NCBI GenBank assembly: GCA_002308955.1
Contig: DBWJ01000046.1
Location: forward strand, 1-49,312
Length of the DNA stretch: 49,312 nt
Origin: Lachnoclostridium sp. UBA1241
GTDB lineage: Bacteria; Bacillota; Clostridia; Lachnospirales; Lachnospiraceae
Direction of reading: 5' to 3'
Shown here: positions 34,019-41,647 of the stretch, one piece after another
Layout: the number at the start of each line of letters is the position of its first letter
Position numbering within the stretch: position 1 is the stretch's first letter
The notes under the pieces: generated by a model
Told to the model about the DNA's origin: nothing
What the model saw: only the letters and a program-made list of their open reading frames with translations
The model's database searches: none
Translations under genes and position numbers: made by a program

Positions 34019-34509
34019 AGCGCCGTGCCGCCCCCTCCGTTCAGAATGTTTTTATAGCCGCAATAAGGGCAGAAACGGGCGGTTTTCGGGAATTTCCCGC
34101 CGCACATCGAGCAGAAGCACGTATCCTCGCTCGGTTCGGGATCAGCCTCCGGCTCCGCAGGAGTCCTCGGCCCGCCGTTGAAAGGATTCGGAAACGGCGG
34201 TGCCGCATATACAAGCATCATCGAAGGTCCGTTTCCGTTGAGGCCGGACATCTGCTGCGGGCCTGCCGGACCTGCATAAACCGTCATCATGGAATTCATC
34301 ATCGGGTTCATTCCGGGACCTGCATAGGCCATCAGCATCGAAGGATCGTCAAACCGCGGATTCCTCCGCCACTTTTCATTCTCCTCCTCAAGCTCTACAA
34401 CGTTATCCGGATATTCCTTCTTCTCCTCAGCGCTCACTTCTTCCGTGTTCACTTCTTCGGTGTTCACTTCCTCAGTGTTCACTTCTTCATTCCTCAATTC
34501 ATCGTCCAT
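34012..34509 (-). CDS. Acidic repeat protein with a C-terminal zinc ribbon
   Basis: ATG 34509 is preceded by AAAGGAGAAGG. The longer ORF to 34728 would overlap rsmA. Features: EEVNT repeats, three S-M-x-x-x-Y-A-G/A-P motifs, and CSMCG..CPYCG. Confidence 0.6.
   Translation of the reverse strand: MDDELRNEEVNTEEVNTEEVNTEEVSAEEKKEYPDNVVELEEENEKWRRNPRFDDPSMLMAYAGPGMNPMMNSMMTVYAGPAGPQQMSGLNGNGPSMMLVYAAPPFPNPFNGGPRTPAEPEADPEPSEDTCFCSMCGGKFPKTARFCPYCGYKNILNGGGGTALC
34430..34489. repeat. Four in-frame 15-nt tandem repeats inside the Zn-ribbon protein gene
   Basis: Units are gcgctcacttcttcc, gtgttcacttcttcg, gtgttcacttcctca and gtgttcacttcttca. They encode (E)EVNT/EVSA repeats on the minus strand. 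Confidence 0.85.
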
Positions 34510-34583
34510 AGCCTTCTCCTTTCTTTCCGGGGCTGCTTCCCGGCTGTTTCGGCAGCTTTCCGTTTGTATGGCATTTTCCGTTC

Positions 34584-35450
34584 TTATCGCATCTTCCCGA
34601 GCGCGTCCGCAAGCCGCGCAAAATCTGACAGCGTCAGCGTTTCTCCCCGGACCGTCGGAGAGAAGCCGAGCTCGGCAAGCGCTTCCGTCACCTGCTCCTT
34701 CGTAACCGTAAGCTCCTGCGCGTTGCAAAGTCCGTTCACAAGAGTCTTGCGGCGCTGGTTGAACGACGCGCGGATCAGGGCGAACATCAGCTTTTCATCC
34801 TGCACCGAAACCGGCGGCTTATCGTGCAGGGTGAGCCGTATCACCGCCGAGCCGACATTCGGGCGGGGCATGAAACAGTTCGGCGGGACATTGGCCGCCA
34901 GGTAGGGCTCCGCGTAGTACTGCACGGCCAAAGAAAGCGCGCCGTAGTCCTTCGTTCCGGGACCGGTTTCCATCCGCTCCGCAACCTCTTTCTGGACCAT
35001 AACCGTGATGCTTACGACCGGAAGCCTTTCTTCGAGAAGCTTCATAAGAATCGGCGTCGTAATGTAATACGGCAGGTTGGCAACCACCTTGACCGGGCGG
35101 AAGCCGTATTCGAACAGAACGTCTCTGAGGTCAAGCTTCAGAATGTCCTCGTTGATGACGCGGAGGTTTTTATAATCCTTACAGGTATCGCCGGTCAGGA
35201 TCGGGATCAGGTTCCGGTCAATCTCGACAGCGATCACGTCGCCGGCCTCCTCGCAGAGGCGCTGCGTCATCGTGCCGATGCCGGGACCGATCTCCAGAAC
35301 CACGTCGTCCTTCGTAATCTCCGCGGCCGCAATGATCTTGTCCACCACGTGCCCGTCAATCAGAAAGTTCTGTCCGAATTTCTTCTGAAAATTGAATTGA
35401 TACCGCTGTAAAACCGCTATGGTTTCCTTCGGATCGCTTAAATATGCCAT
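34584..35450 (-). CDS. rsmA: 16S rRNA (adenine1518/1519-N6)-dimethyltransferase
   Basis: KKFGQNFLIDGHVVDKII, VLEIGPGIGTMT and ANLPYYITTPI motifs. Confidence 0.93.
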   Translation of the reverse strand: MAYLSDPKETIAVLQRYQFNFQKKFGQNFLIDGHVVDKIIAAAEITKDDVVLEIGPGIGTMTQRLCEEAGDVIAVEIDRNLIPILTGDTCKDYKNLRVINEDILKLDLRDVLFEYGFRPVKVVANLPYYITTPILMKLLEERLPVVSITVMVQKEVAERMETGPGTKDYGALSLAVQYYAEPYLAANVPPNCFMPRPNVGSAVIRLTLHDKPPVSVQDEKLMFALIRASFNQRRKTLVNGLCNAQELTVTKEQVTEALAELGFSPTVRGETLTLSDFARLADALGKMR

Positions 35451-35516
35451 TTGTTCTCCTTACTGTCCGCCGCGCGGGATCTTCATCCACCTAGGGCTCT
35501 GCGCTTGCCCGGATTC

Positions 35517-36722
35517 TCATTTATCCCTGAGCCCGATGAAATAATCCATGATAAGCCGCGTGCCGTCGTCGTAATAATTCTCCTGCGAAACTTTCTCCTG
35601 CACGTCCCAGCCGGTGTCCGCAACCTCCGAAGCCGTATCCGCGTATTGCTCAAGCGGATGGTCGTCGGCTGCATAGGCCTCCTTGGCTGCCAGGAAGGCA
35701 TCCGTTTCGTCAAGATAGACCTGGTCGAAATCCGGCATGAACTCCGCGTCTTCTGCCTGGTACTCATCATACAGACGAGTGCCCTCTTCAAGACCGAATT
35801 CGCTCACCAGCGCATTGCACATTGCGGATTCGAGGGCATAATAGATATCGTCACAGCCGGAATACGCCGTAATCGGGTCATCGGAAAGGACGCAGGAAAG
35901 ATCTCCCATGAATTCCCCTTCGTTTTCCTTGTAGAACCCTTTCGAATGCGCGGCCTCGTGGGCAATCATCGTGTACCAGTACAGATTATCCACGTACTTG
36001 TTGTAAGTAATCTCCATCGTGTACGGGTAGGTGTATCCGCCGATATACATCCAATCGAGAACGTCCGAGCATTTTGCGGCCTTCGGCTGCCCGTAGAAAC
36101 CTTTAAGCCGCGGATACCGGTCGGAAAGGTTCTTTAGAGCGCGTACAACCTGCTCATACGCGGTTTTCTTATCGGGATAGATAATTCTTCCGTCCGCGTC
36201 TCTCGGAAGCGCCTCCTGGGCGGCACGGAAACGCGCGCCCACCAGATTCCTTACGTAGCGGTACTCCTCTGCCGTATAACCGCGCCGTTCCGGCTCCTCG
36301 CCGACGACGTGGCCGTTATAGGGAATCCACCAGTGGAACAGATAGGTCCAAAGGCACAAGGCGAAAACCGCCAGGAACACCTTCATGTAATTCCGATAGA
36401 ATGCGCTCTTCTTCCGCTCCTTCTTCCGAACCTTCCGCACAAGCCATCGCACCCCGTGAACAATCGAAAGGATCACGGTCACCACCACGAACACGAAGGT
36501 GAGATACATAACGATTTCTCCGACGGCAAATGGGAAGACATCGAACACTCTCGCGACAACACCGTGCAAAACCGGATGGATATGGTTCACGTACCAGTCA
36601 TCGAAAGACTTGATAAAGCTTAACACAAAGAACACCGCCCAGACCGCCGCCACGACGAGCAATATCCGCCAGTACAGGGTGAGCCGATGTTCCTTTGTTA
36701 CATTTTCCGCTTTTTTACTCAT
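35517..36722 (-). CDS. DUF3810 family membrane protein with an HExxH metalloprotease-like motif
   Basis: N-terminal TM helices. IAHEAAHSKGF contains HEAAH. Size and layout are typical of DUF3810. Confidence 0.75.
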   Translation of the reverse strand: MSKKAENVTKEHRLTLYWRILLVVAAVWAVFFVLSFIKSFDDWYVNHIHPVLHGVVARVFDVFPFAVGEIVMYLTFVFVVVTVILSIVHGVRWLVRKVRKKERKKSAFYRNYMKVFLAVFALCLWTYLFHWWIPYNGHVVGEEPERRGYTAEEYRYVRNLVGARFRAAQEALPRDADGRIIYPDKKTAYEQVVRALKNLSDRYPRLKGFYGQPKAAKCSDVLDWMYIGGYTYPYTMEITYNKYVDNLYWYTMIAHEAAHSKGFYKENEGEFMGDLSCVLSDDPITAYSGCDDIYYALESAMCNALVSEFGLEEGTRLYDEYQAEDAEFMPDFDQVYLDETDAFLAAKEAYAADDHPLEQYADTASEVADTGWDVQEKVSQENYYDDGTRLIMDYFIGLRDK

Positions 36723-37554
36723 TCTTTTCCTGCTCTTTAATTCCGAATAACTGCCTTGCGTTCGCGGCCGTCACCCGGATTACTTCCTCTTCGGTAATTC
36801 CTTTGATTTCGGCGATCTTCGCCACGACATAGCGTAACAGCGACGAATCGTTCCGCTCGCCGCGGTGCGGTACCGGCGCCAGGTAGGGGCAGTCGGTTTC
36901 GAGAACGATCTGCGAAAGCGGCGCAGCTGCCACTACGTCCGGAAGGCGTCTCGCGTTCTTAAAGGTTAAAACGCCGCCGACCCCGACGTGAAATCCGAGT
37001 CTCCGGTATTCCTCCGCAATCTCCGGGGAGCCGCTGAAACAGTGGATGATTCCCCCTCGGAAGCCGGGCTTCTTCGATGCGCCTTCCGCCCATTCCCGCA
37101 TGACCGAAAGCGTATCGCCGTCCGCGCCGCGGGAATGAATGATCACCGGAAGCGAAACCTCCTCCGCAAGCGCCAGCTGGCGCTTAAACCACAACTTCTG
37201 TGCCGCGCGCTTTGCGTCCCGCTCCGCCTCGGTAAGCTCCTCCTCGTGGCCGTAATCGAAGCCGATCTCGCCGATGGCAACCGTCTTCGCCTGCCGCGCA
37301 AGGCTCCGAAGCTCCTCAATATCCGCTTCCGTCATCTGCTGCGCATAGTCGGGATGCACGCCGACCGCCGCGTAAACGAACGGGTACTCCTCAGAAAGGG
37401 CAACCGAAGCGCGCGCCCCTTCCATGGAGGCGCCGACATTGACGACGGTACCGATGCTATGGGCCGCCAAAGAACGAAGCACCTCGTCCCGGTCCGCGTC
37501 GAACCAGTCGTCATCATAATGCGCGTGTGTGTCGAAAATCATACTTTTAACCAT
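36715..37554 (-). CDS. tatD: TatD family metal-dependent hydrolase
   Basis: IFDTHAHYDD, AIGEIGFDY, PVIIHSR and ETDCPYL motifs. Confidence 0.9.
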   Translation of the reverse strand: MVKSMIFDTHAHYDDDWFDADRDEVLRSLAAHSIGTVVNVGASMEGARASVALSEEYPFVYAAVGVHPDYAQQMTEADIEELRSLARQAKTVAIGEIGFDYGHEEELTEAERDAKRAAQKLWFKRQLALAEEVSLPVIIHSRGADGDTLSVMREWAEGASKKPGFRGGIIHCFSGSPEIAEEYRRLGFHVGVGGVLTFKNARRLPDVVAAAPLSQIVLETDCPYLAPVPHRGERNDSSLLRYVVAKIAEIKGITEEEVIRVTAANARQLFGIKEQEKNE

Positions 37555-37840
37555 GCAACCCGTTGGACTGGCGGATCATGTCCTCCACCACGATATCGTA
37601 AATCTCGCCGACGGTATTGCCGTACTCAAGGAGCTTCCACGGCTCATTCGTGTGGAAATGGATCTTGATCAGGTCCTCGTCCCCGGCTGCAATCAGCGAA
37701 TTGCCCTCAAAATGCGAGAGGATATAATCCGTAATCTCATCCTCGTCGAGATCCTTGTCCCTCCGGTCAATCAAAAACTGCGTGTCATAACGGTATGCGA
37801 AAGGATCGTCTTCCGCGTCAATGCTTCGAATCGGTTCCAT
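37547..37840 (-). CDS. Small protein resembling the start of the C-terminal (Dak1_2-like) domain of DAK2-fusion protein YloV; possibly a gene remnant
   Basis: 97 aa. YDTQFLI...GNSLIAAGDEDLIKIHFHTNEPWKLLEYGNTVGEIYDIVVEDM parallels the YloV pattern (CTEF.., GDSLVVVGD..KVHVHTN.P, ..IKIENM). There is an 8-nt overlap with tatD. Confidence 0.45.
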   Translation of the reverse strand: MEPIRSIDAEDDPFAYRYDTQFLIDRRDKDLDEDEITDYILSHFEGNSLIAAGDEDLIKIHFHTNEPWKLLEYGNTVGEIYDIVVEDMIRQSNGLHG

Positions 37841-37874
37841 AGCCCGCCTCCTTCATTTATTTTCGCGTTAAATG

Positions 37875-39656
37875 CTACCCCAAGTTGTACTTCTTGTCAA
37901 ATGCGTCATAAATCTGGTTGAACTCGAGGTTGCCGAATTTGACGCCGCTCAGGTATTCGTGGGTGTCGAAAGCGCCTCGGTCCACCTCGATGACGGCAAC
38001 GGCAATGTTGCTGCAGTGGTCGGAAATTCGCTTGTAATTATTCAGAATGTCCGAAAGGATAAAGCCCATCTCGATGGAGCATCCGCCCTTCTGGAGTCTT
38101 GCGATGTGATTGGTCTTGATTGTGTTGGTAAGCTTGTCGATGACCTGCTCAAGCGGTTCTACCCGGAACGCCAGCTCCGGATTTGCGTTCACATAGCACT
38201 CATGCGTCATCGTCAGAATCTCACGGATTGCTCCGGTCAGAACGCTGAGCTCCTCTTTCGCGGCAGGCGTGAAGGAAAGACCTTTCCGGTTAATTTCGGA
38301 TGCCGCATAGAAAAGATTCACGGCATGGTCTCCGAGACGCTCGAAATCCCCGAGCGCATGGAGAATCTTCGAAATCACGCGGCTGTCCTGCGCGGAAACC
38401 GACATCGTGGACAGCTTTACGAGATAGGTGCCGAGGCGGTCCTCATAACGGTCCAGCTTGTCCTCGATTTCCTTGATCTTCGAAACCGCCTCTTCGTCGA
38501 AATTATCGAACAAATCCATCGCGGCGAGCAGGTTCTCCCGCGCCAGTCTTGCCATATGTCCGGATACGTTGTTACATTCGGTTACGGCGATGGACGGGGA
38601 GCGAAGAAGTCGCTCATCCAGCCATTTGAGGTCGTCTTCGGTCTCTTCCTTCTTCTCGGAATCGCGGACCAGAAATTCGGTCAGCCTTACGAGCGGCTTC
38701 GTGAACGGAATCAGAAGGATTGTCGTCAGGATGTTAAATGCCGTATGGACGGCGGCAATCCCGACGCCGTTGATCGGCTTAGAAATAAGATCTTCAAAGA
38801 AGATTCCGCCGAGAACAACGAATACGGCAAGCCAGAACACCGCGCCGATAATCTTGATCATGACATGCACAACCGCCACGCGCTTCGCTTTCGTCTCCGT
38901 TCCGACGCAGGAAATCAGCGACGTCGCGCAGGTACCGATGTTCAAACCCATGATGATCGGAATCGCCATCTCAAACGTAATGCCCGTTCCGGCTACGGCA
39001 AATGACATAAGAATCGCGATTGTCGCCGCCGAGCTCTGGATTACCGCCGTCAGCAGAAGGCCGATCAGCAGACCGAACACGGGATTTTTGAACTGTACCA
39101 GAACGTCCTTAAACCATGCCGTATCCGCAAGCGGGCTCACGGCATTTTTCATCATCGTCATGCCCTGCATCAATACGGCAAATCCGACGAAAACCGTACC
39201 GATGCTGACCCGCCGGTCCTTCTTGCTGAACATGATCATGCCGATACCGATGAACGCAAGGATCGGGGAGAACACTTCCGGTTTCAGAATCGCCAGATAC
39301 CAGCGGGAGGAATTGATTCCGGAAAGCGTCAGCAGCCAGCCCGTGAACGTCGTTCCGATGTTGGCGCCGAAGATAACGCTGATGGTCTGCTCAAACTGCA
39401 TAATGCCCGAGTTTACAAGTCCGACGAGCATTACGGTCGTGGCGGAACTCGACTGCATGGCAACCGTAATCCCGGCGCCGAGCACAATCGAAAGAAGCGG
39501 CCTTGCGGTAACCTTTCTAAGGGTGTTTTCCAATTTACCGCCGGCCATTTTCTCAAGACTTGTCGACATGACCTTCATGCCGAACAGGAAAAATACCAAA
39601 CCGCCGATTAAGGTGACGGTAACCTCTAAAATATCGATTTTTATGGCGCGCCTCAC
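37875..39656 (-). CDS. Na/Pi cotransporter family protein with a C-terminal PhoU-like domain
   Basis: FLFGMKVMSTSLEKMAGGKL...AMQSSSATTVMLVGLV, with a duplicated half (IQSSAATIAILMS). C-terminal PhoU-like repeats ERLGDHAVN and KRISDHCSNIA. Confidence 0.9.
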   Translation of the reverse strand: MRRAIKIDILEVTVTLIGGLVFFLFGMKVMSTSLEKMAGGKLENTLRKVTARPLLSIVLGAGITVAMQSSSATTVMLVGLVNSGIMQFEQTISVIFGANIGTTFTGWLLTLSGINSSRWYLAILKPEVFSPILAFIGIGMIMFSKKDRRVSIGTVFVGFAVLMQGMTMMKNAVSPLADTAWFKDVLVQFKNPVFGLLIGLLLTAVIQSSAATIAILMSFAVAGTGITFEMAIPIIMGLNIGTCATSLISCVGTETKAKRVAVVHVMIKIIGAVFWLAVFVVLGGIFFEDLISKPINGVGIAAVHTAFNILTTILLIPFTKPLVRLTEFLVRDSEKKEETEDDLKWLDERLLRSPSIAVTECNNVSGHMARLARENLLAAMDLFDNFDEEAVSKIKEIEDKLDRYEDRLGTYLVKLSTMSVSAQDSRVISKILHALGDFERLGDHAVNLFYAASEINRKGLSFTPAAKEELSVLTGAIREILTMTHECYVNANPELAFRVEPLEQVIDKLTNTIKTNHIARLQKGGCSIEMGFILSDILNNYKRISDHCSNIAVAVIEVDRGAFDTHEYLSGVKFGNLEFNQIYDAFDKKYNLG

Positions 39657-39805
39657 TTTCGAGCCTAAGGCTCCGTGTCTTTCATCACCACTATAACAAC
39701 TGCTTGGTTAAATGCGCTTTCCCGCTTATGTAAAACTTATGTAAAAAAGAGGCAGCACGCATCCGGACAACACAAAAGGCCCCCGCACGGCGAAGGCCCC
39801 ATCTG

Positions 39806-40834
39806 TTATTTCGGAAAATGTACCGTCATTACCGTCCCTTTTCCGACCTCGCTCCTTGCGTCCACCGTCGCGCCGTGATAGGACGCGCCGTGCTTCACGA
39901 TGGAGAGACCAAGCCCGGTGCCGCCGACTTCCTTCGAATGGCTCTTGTCGACGCGGTAGAACCGCTCAAAGATGCGGGGCAGATCCGCCTTCGGGATGCC
40001 GATTCCGGTATCGCTCACCGTAAGGAGAACCTCGCTCTCCTGCTCCTCGGTCTTAACGGTTACCGTGCCGCCTTCGCGGTTATATTTGATTGCGTTATCA
40101 ATCAGGTTGTAGACCATCTCGCTGATAATCTGTTCAACCCCGTTAATGTGCGCTTCTTCGCCCTCCACCGTAATGCTGACGCCGTGACGCGCCGCAGGCT
40201 CGGAAAGAAGCTCAGCGGTTTCTTTACAAAGCTCTCTAAGCTCAATATCCTCCCGGACAGCCTCCGTTTCGCGGTCCTCAATCCTTGAAAGCCGCAGAAT
40301 ATCGCCCACCAGAACAACAAGCCGGTTGGCCTCGTCGTAAATCTTTCCGGCGAACCGCCCGACGTCCTCCTTCTGCGCAATACCGTCGCGGATGATCTCC
40401 GCATACCCTGAGATGGAGGTGAGGGGTGTCTTCAGCTCATGGGACACGTTGGCCGTGAATTCGCGGCGCATCCGGTCCTGCTTCTCGTGCTCCTCCCGAA
40501 GCTCCGTCATCTTATCGTAAAGTTCGCGGTTCTGGGCATTGATTTTCTGCACAAGCGGTCCGAGCTCCGGATAGGTATCCCGGGCGAGCGGACTCGACAC
40601 GTCAAGCTGGTTAATCGGCTTCAGCAGGTTATCGCTGACGCGGTTCGCTACGAAGAATGACACGACAAATGCCACCGTAACCAGACACGCGGACGGGAAC
40701 AGCATCGCAAGAACCACTTCCCCGAGCGTCACGCTTTCGATTGACCGCCAGAGTACAATAATCGTCACCAGGCCACCCACCAGAAAGGCCGCTAAGGTCA
40801 TTAAAAAGATTGTAAGAAACAGTCTTCGTTTCAT
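39806..40834 (-). CDS. Sensor histidine kinase (PhoR-like, short sensor)
   Basis: H-box FTANVSHELKTPLTSISGYAEI. N-box MVYNLIDNAIKY. G-boxes DTGIGI and GTGLGLSIV. Two N-terminal TM helices. ATG 40834 lies 1 nt after the regulator's stop. Confidence 0.85.
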   Translation of the reverse strand: MKRRLFLTIFLMTLAAFLVGGLVTIIVLWRSIESVTLGEVVLAMLFPSACLVTVAFVVSFFVANRVSDNLLKPINQLDVSSPLARDTYPELGPLVQKINAQNRELYDKMTELREEHEKQDRMRREFTANVSHELKTPLTSISGYAEIIRDGIAQKEDVGRFAGKIYDEANRLVVLVGDILRLSRIEDRETEAVREDIELRELCKETAELLSEPAARHGVSITVEGEEAHINGVEQIISEMVYNLIDNAIKYNREGGTVTVKTEEQESEVLLTVSDTGIGIPKADLPRIFERFYRVDKSHSKEVGGTGLGLSIVKHGASYHGATVDARSEVGKGTVMTVHFPK

Positions 40835-40835
40835 G

Positions 40836-41513
40836 TTATACCTCATCTGCGCGGATACAGTAACCGACTCCGCGAATCGTCTCCACATAAGAGCCTGCCG
40901 CCCCGAGTTTCTGCCGAAGCGTCCTCAGATGCACATCAACGGTGCGGCTTTCGCCCTCGAACGCATAGCCCCAGACTTCACTCAGAAGCCGTTCTCTCGT
41001 GACTACGTTCTGCCCGTTCTGCATCAGAAGCGCAAGCATGTCATACTCCTTCTTCGTAAGCTGCACCGGTTCTCCGTCCACCAGCACGCGGTGCGCGTCC
41101 AAAAGAAGCGTGAGCCGTCCTACCGTATAGGCGCTCTTCTCTCCGGTTTCGGCGGAGCGCCTTAGAAGCGCGCGGACTCTTGCCACCAGCTCCATCATCC
41201 CGAAGGGCTTCGCCACATAGTCGTCCGCTCCCATGTCAAGGCCGGTCACCTTATCGTATTCGCTCGCCTTCGCACTCAGGATCATAACCGGAACCTTGGC
41301 CGTATCGCGGCCCTCGCGAAGCTTTTTAAGAACCGATAATCCGTCCTCTTCGGGAAGCATGATGTCGAGTATCACAAGGGAAGGGAATGTCCCCTCTATC
41401 GCCTCGAAGAACGCGGACGGTTTCGAGAAGCCTGCCGCCTCGATTCCCGAGTGATTGAGCGTGTAAACGACCAGTTCACGGATATTGTCATCATCTTCGA
41501 CAAGATAGACCAT
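40836..41513 (-). CDS. OmpR/PhoB-family response regulator
   Basis: Receiver domain VYLVEDDDNIREL...LVILDIMLPEEDG...ILSAK. Winged-helix region LTKKEYDMLALLMQN...VDVHLRTLRQKL. ATG 41513 follows GGAGG. Confidence 0.9.
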   Translation of the reverse strand: MVYLVEDDDNIRELVVYTLNHSGIEAAGFSKPSAFFEAIEGTFPSLVILDIMLPEEDGLSVLKKLREGRDTAKVPVMILSAKASEYDKVTGLDMGADDYVAKPFGMMELVARVRALLRRSAETGEKSAYTVGRLTLLLDAHRVLVDGEPVQLTKKEYDMLALLMQNGQNVVTRERLLSEVWGYAFEGESRTVDVHLRTLRQKLGAAGSYVETIRGVGYCIRADEV

Positions 41514-41647
41514 TGCATTCCTCCGAAAGATTCTGCTTAATATAGGTATTATACCAAGAAAAAAGGGGGATTTCCACCTATTTTTCCTTTTCATTTGCCG
41601 GGAAATCGTCTATAATTCTTCTTGGAATCCGATTCGGGAGAGAATCT

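Noticed and set aside
34510-34728. N-terminal extension of the Zn-ribbon ORF (track ORF 34012..34728, 238 aa).
   Set aside because: The extension overlaps the 3' end of rsmA by 145 nt and has no RBS. ATG 34509 is preceded by AAAGGAGAAGG.
37872-39696. + strand ORFs of 377 aa and 412 aa.
   Set aside because: Both are antisense to the Na/Pi cotransporter gene, whose duplicated QSSSATT/QSSAATI motifs and PhoU repeats identify the true strand.
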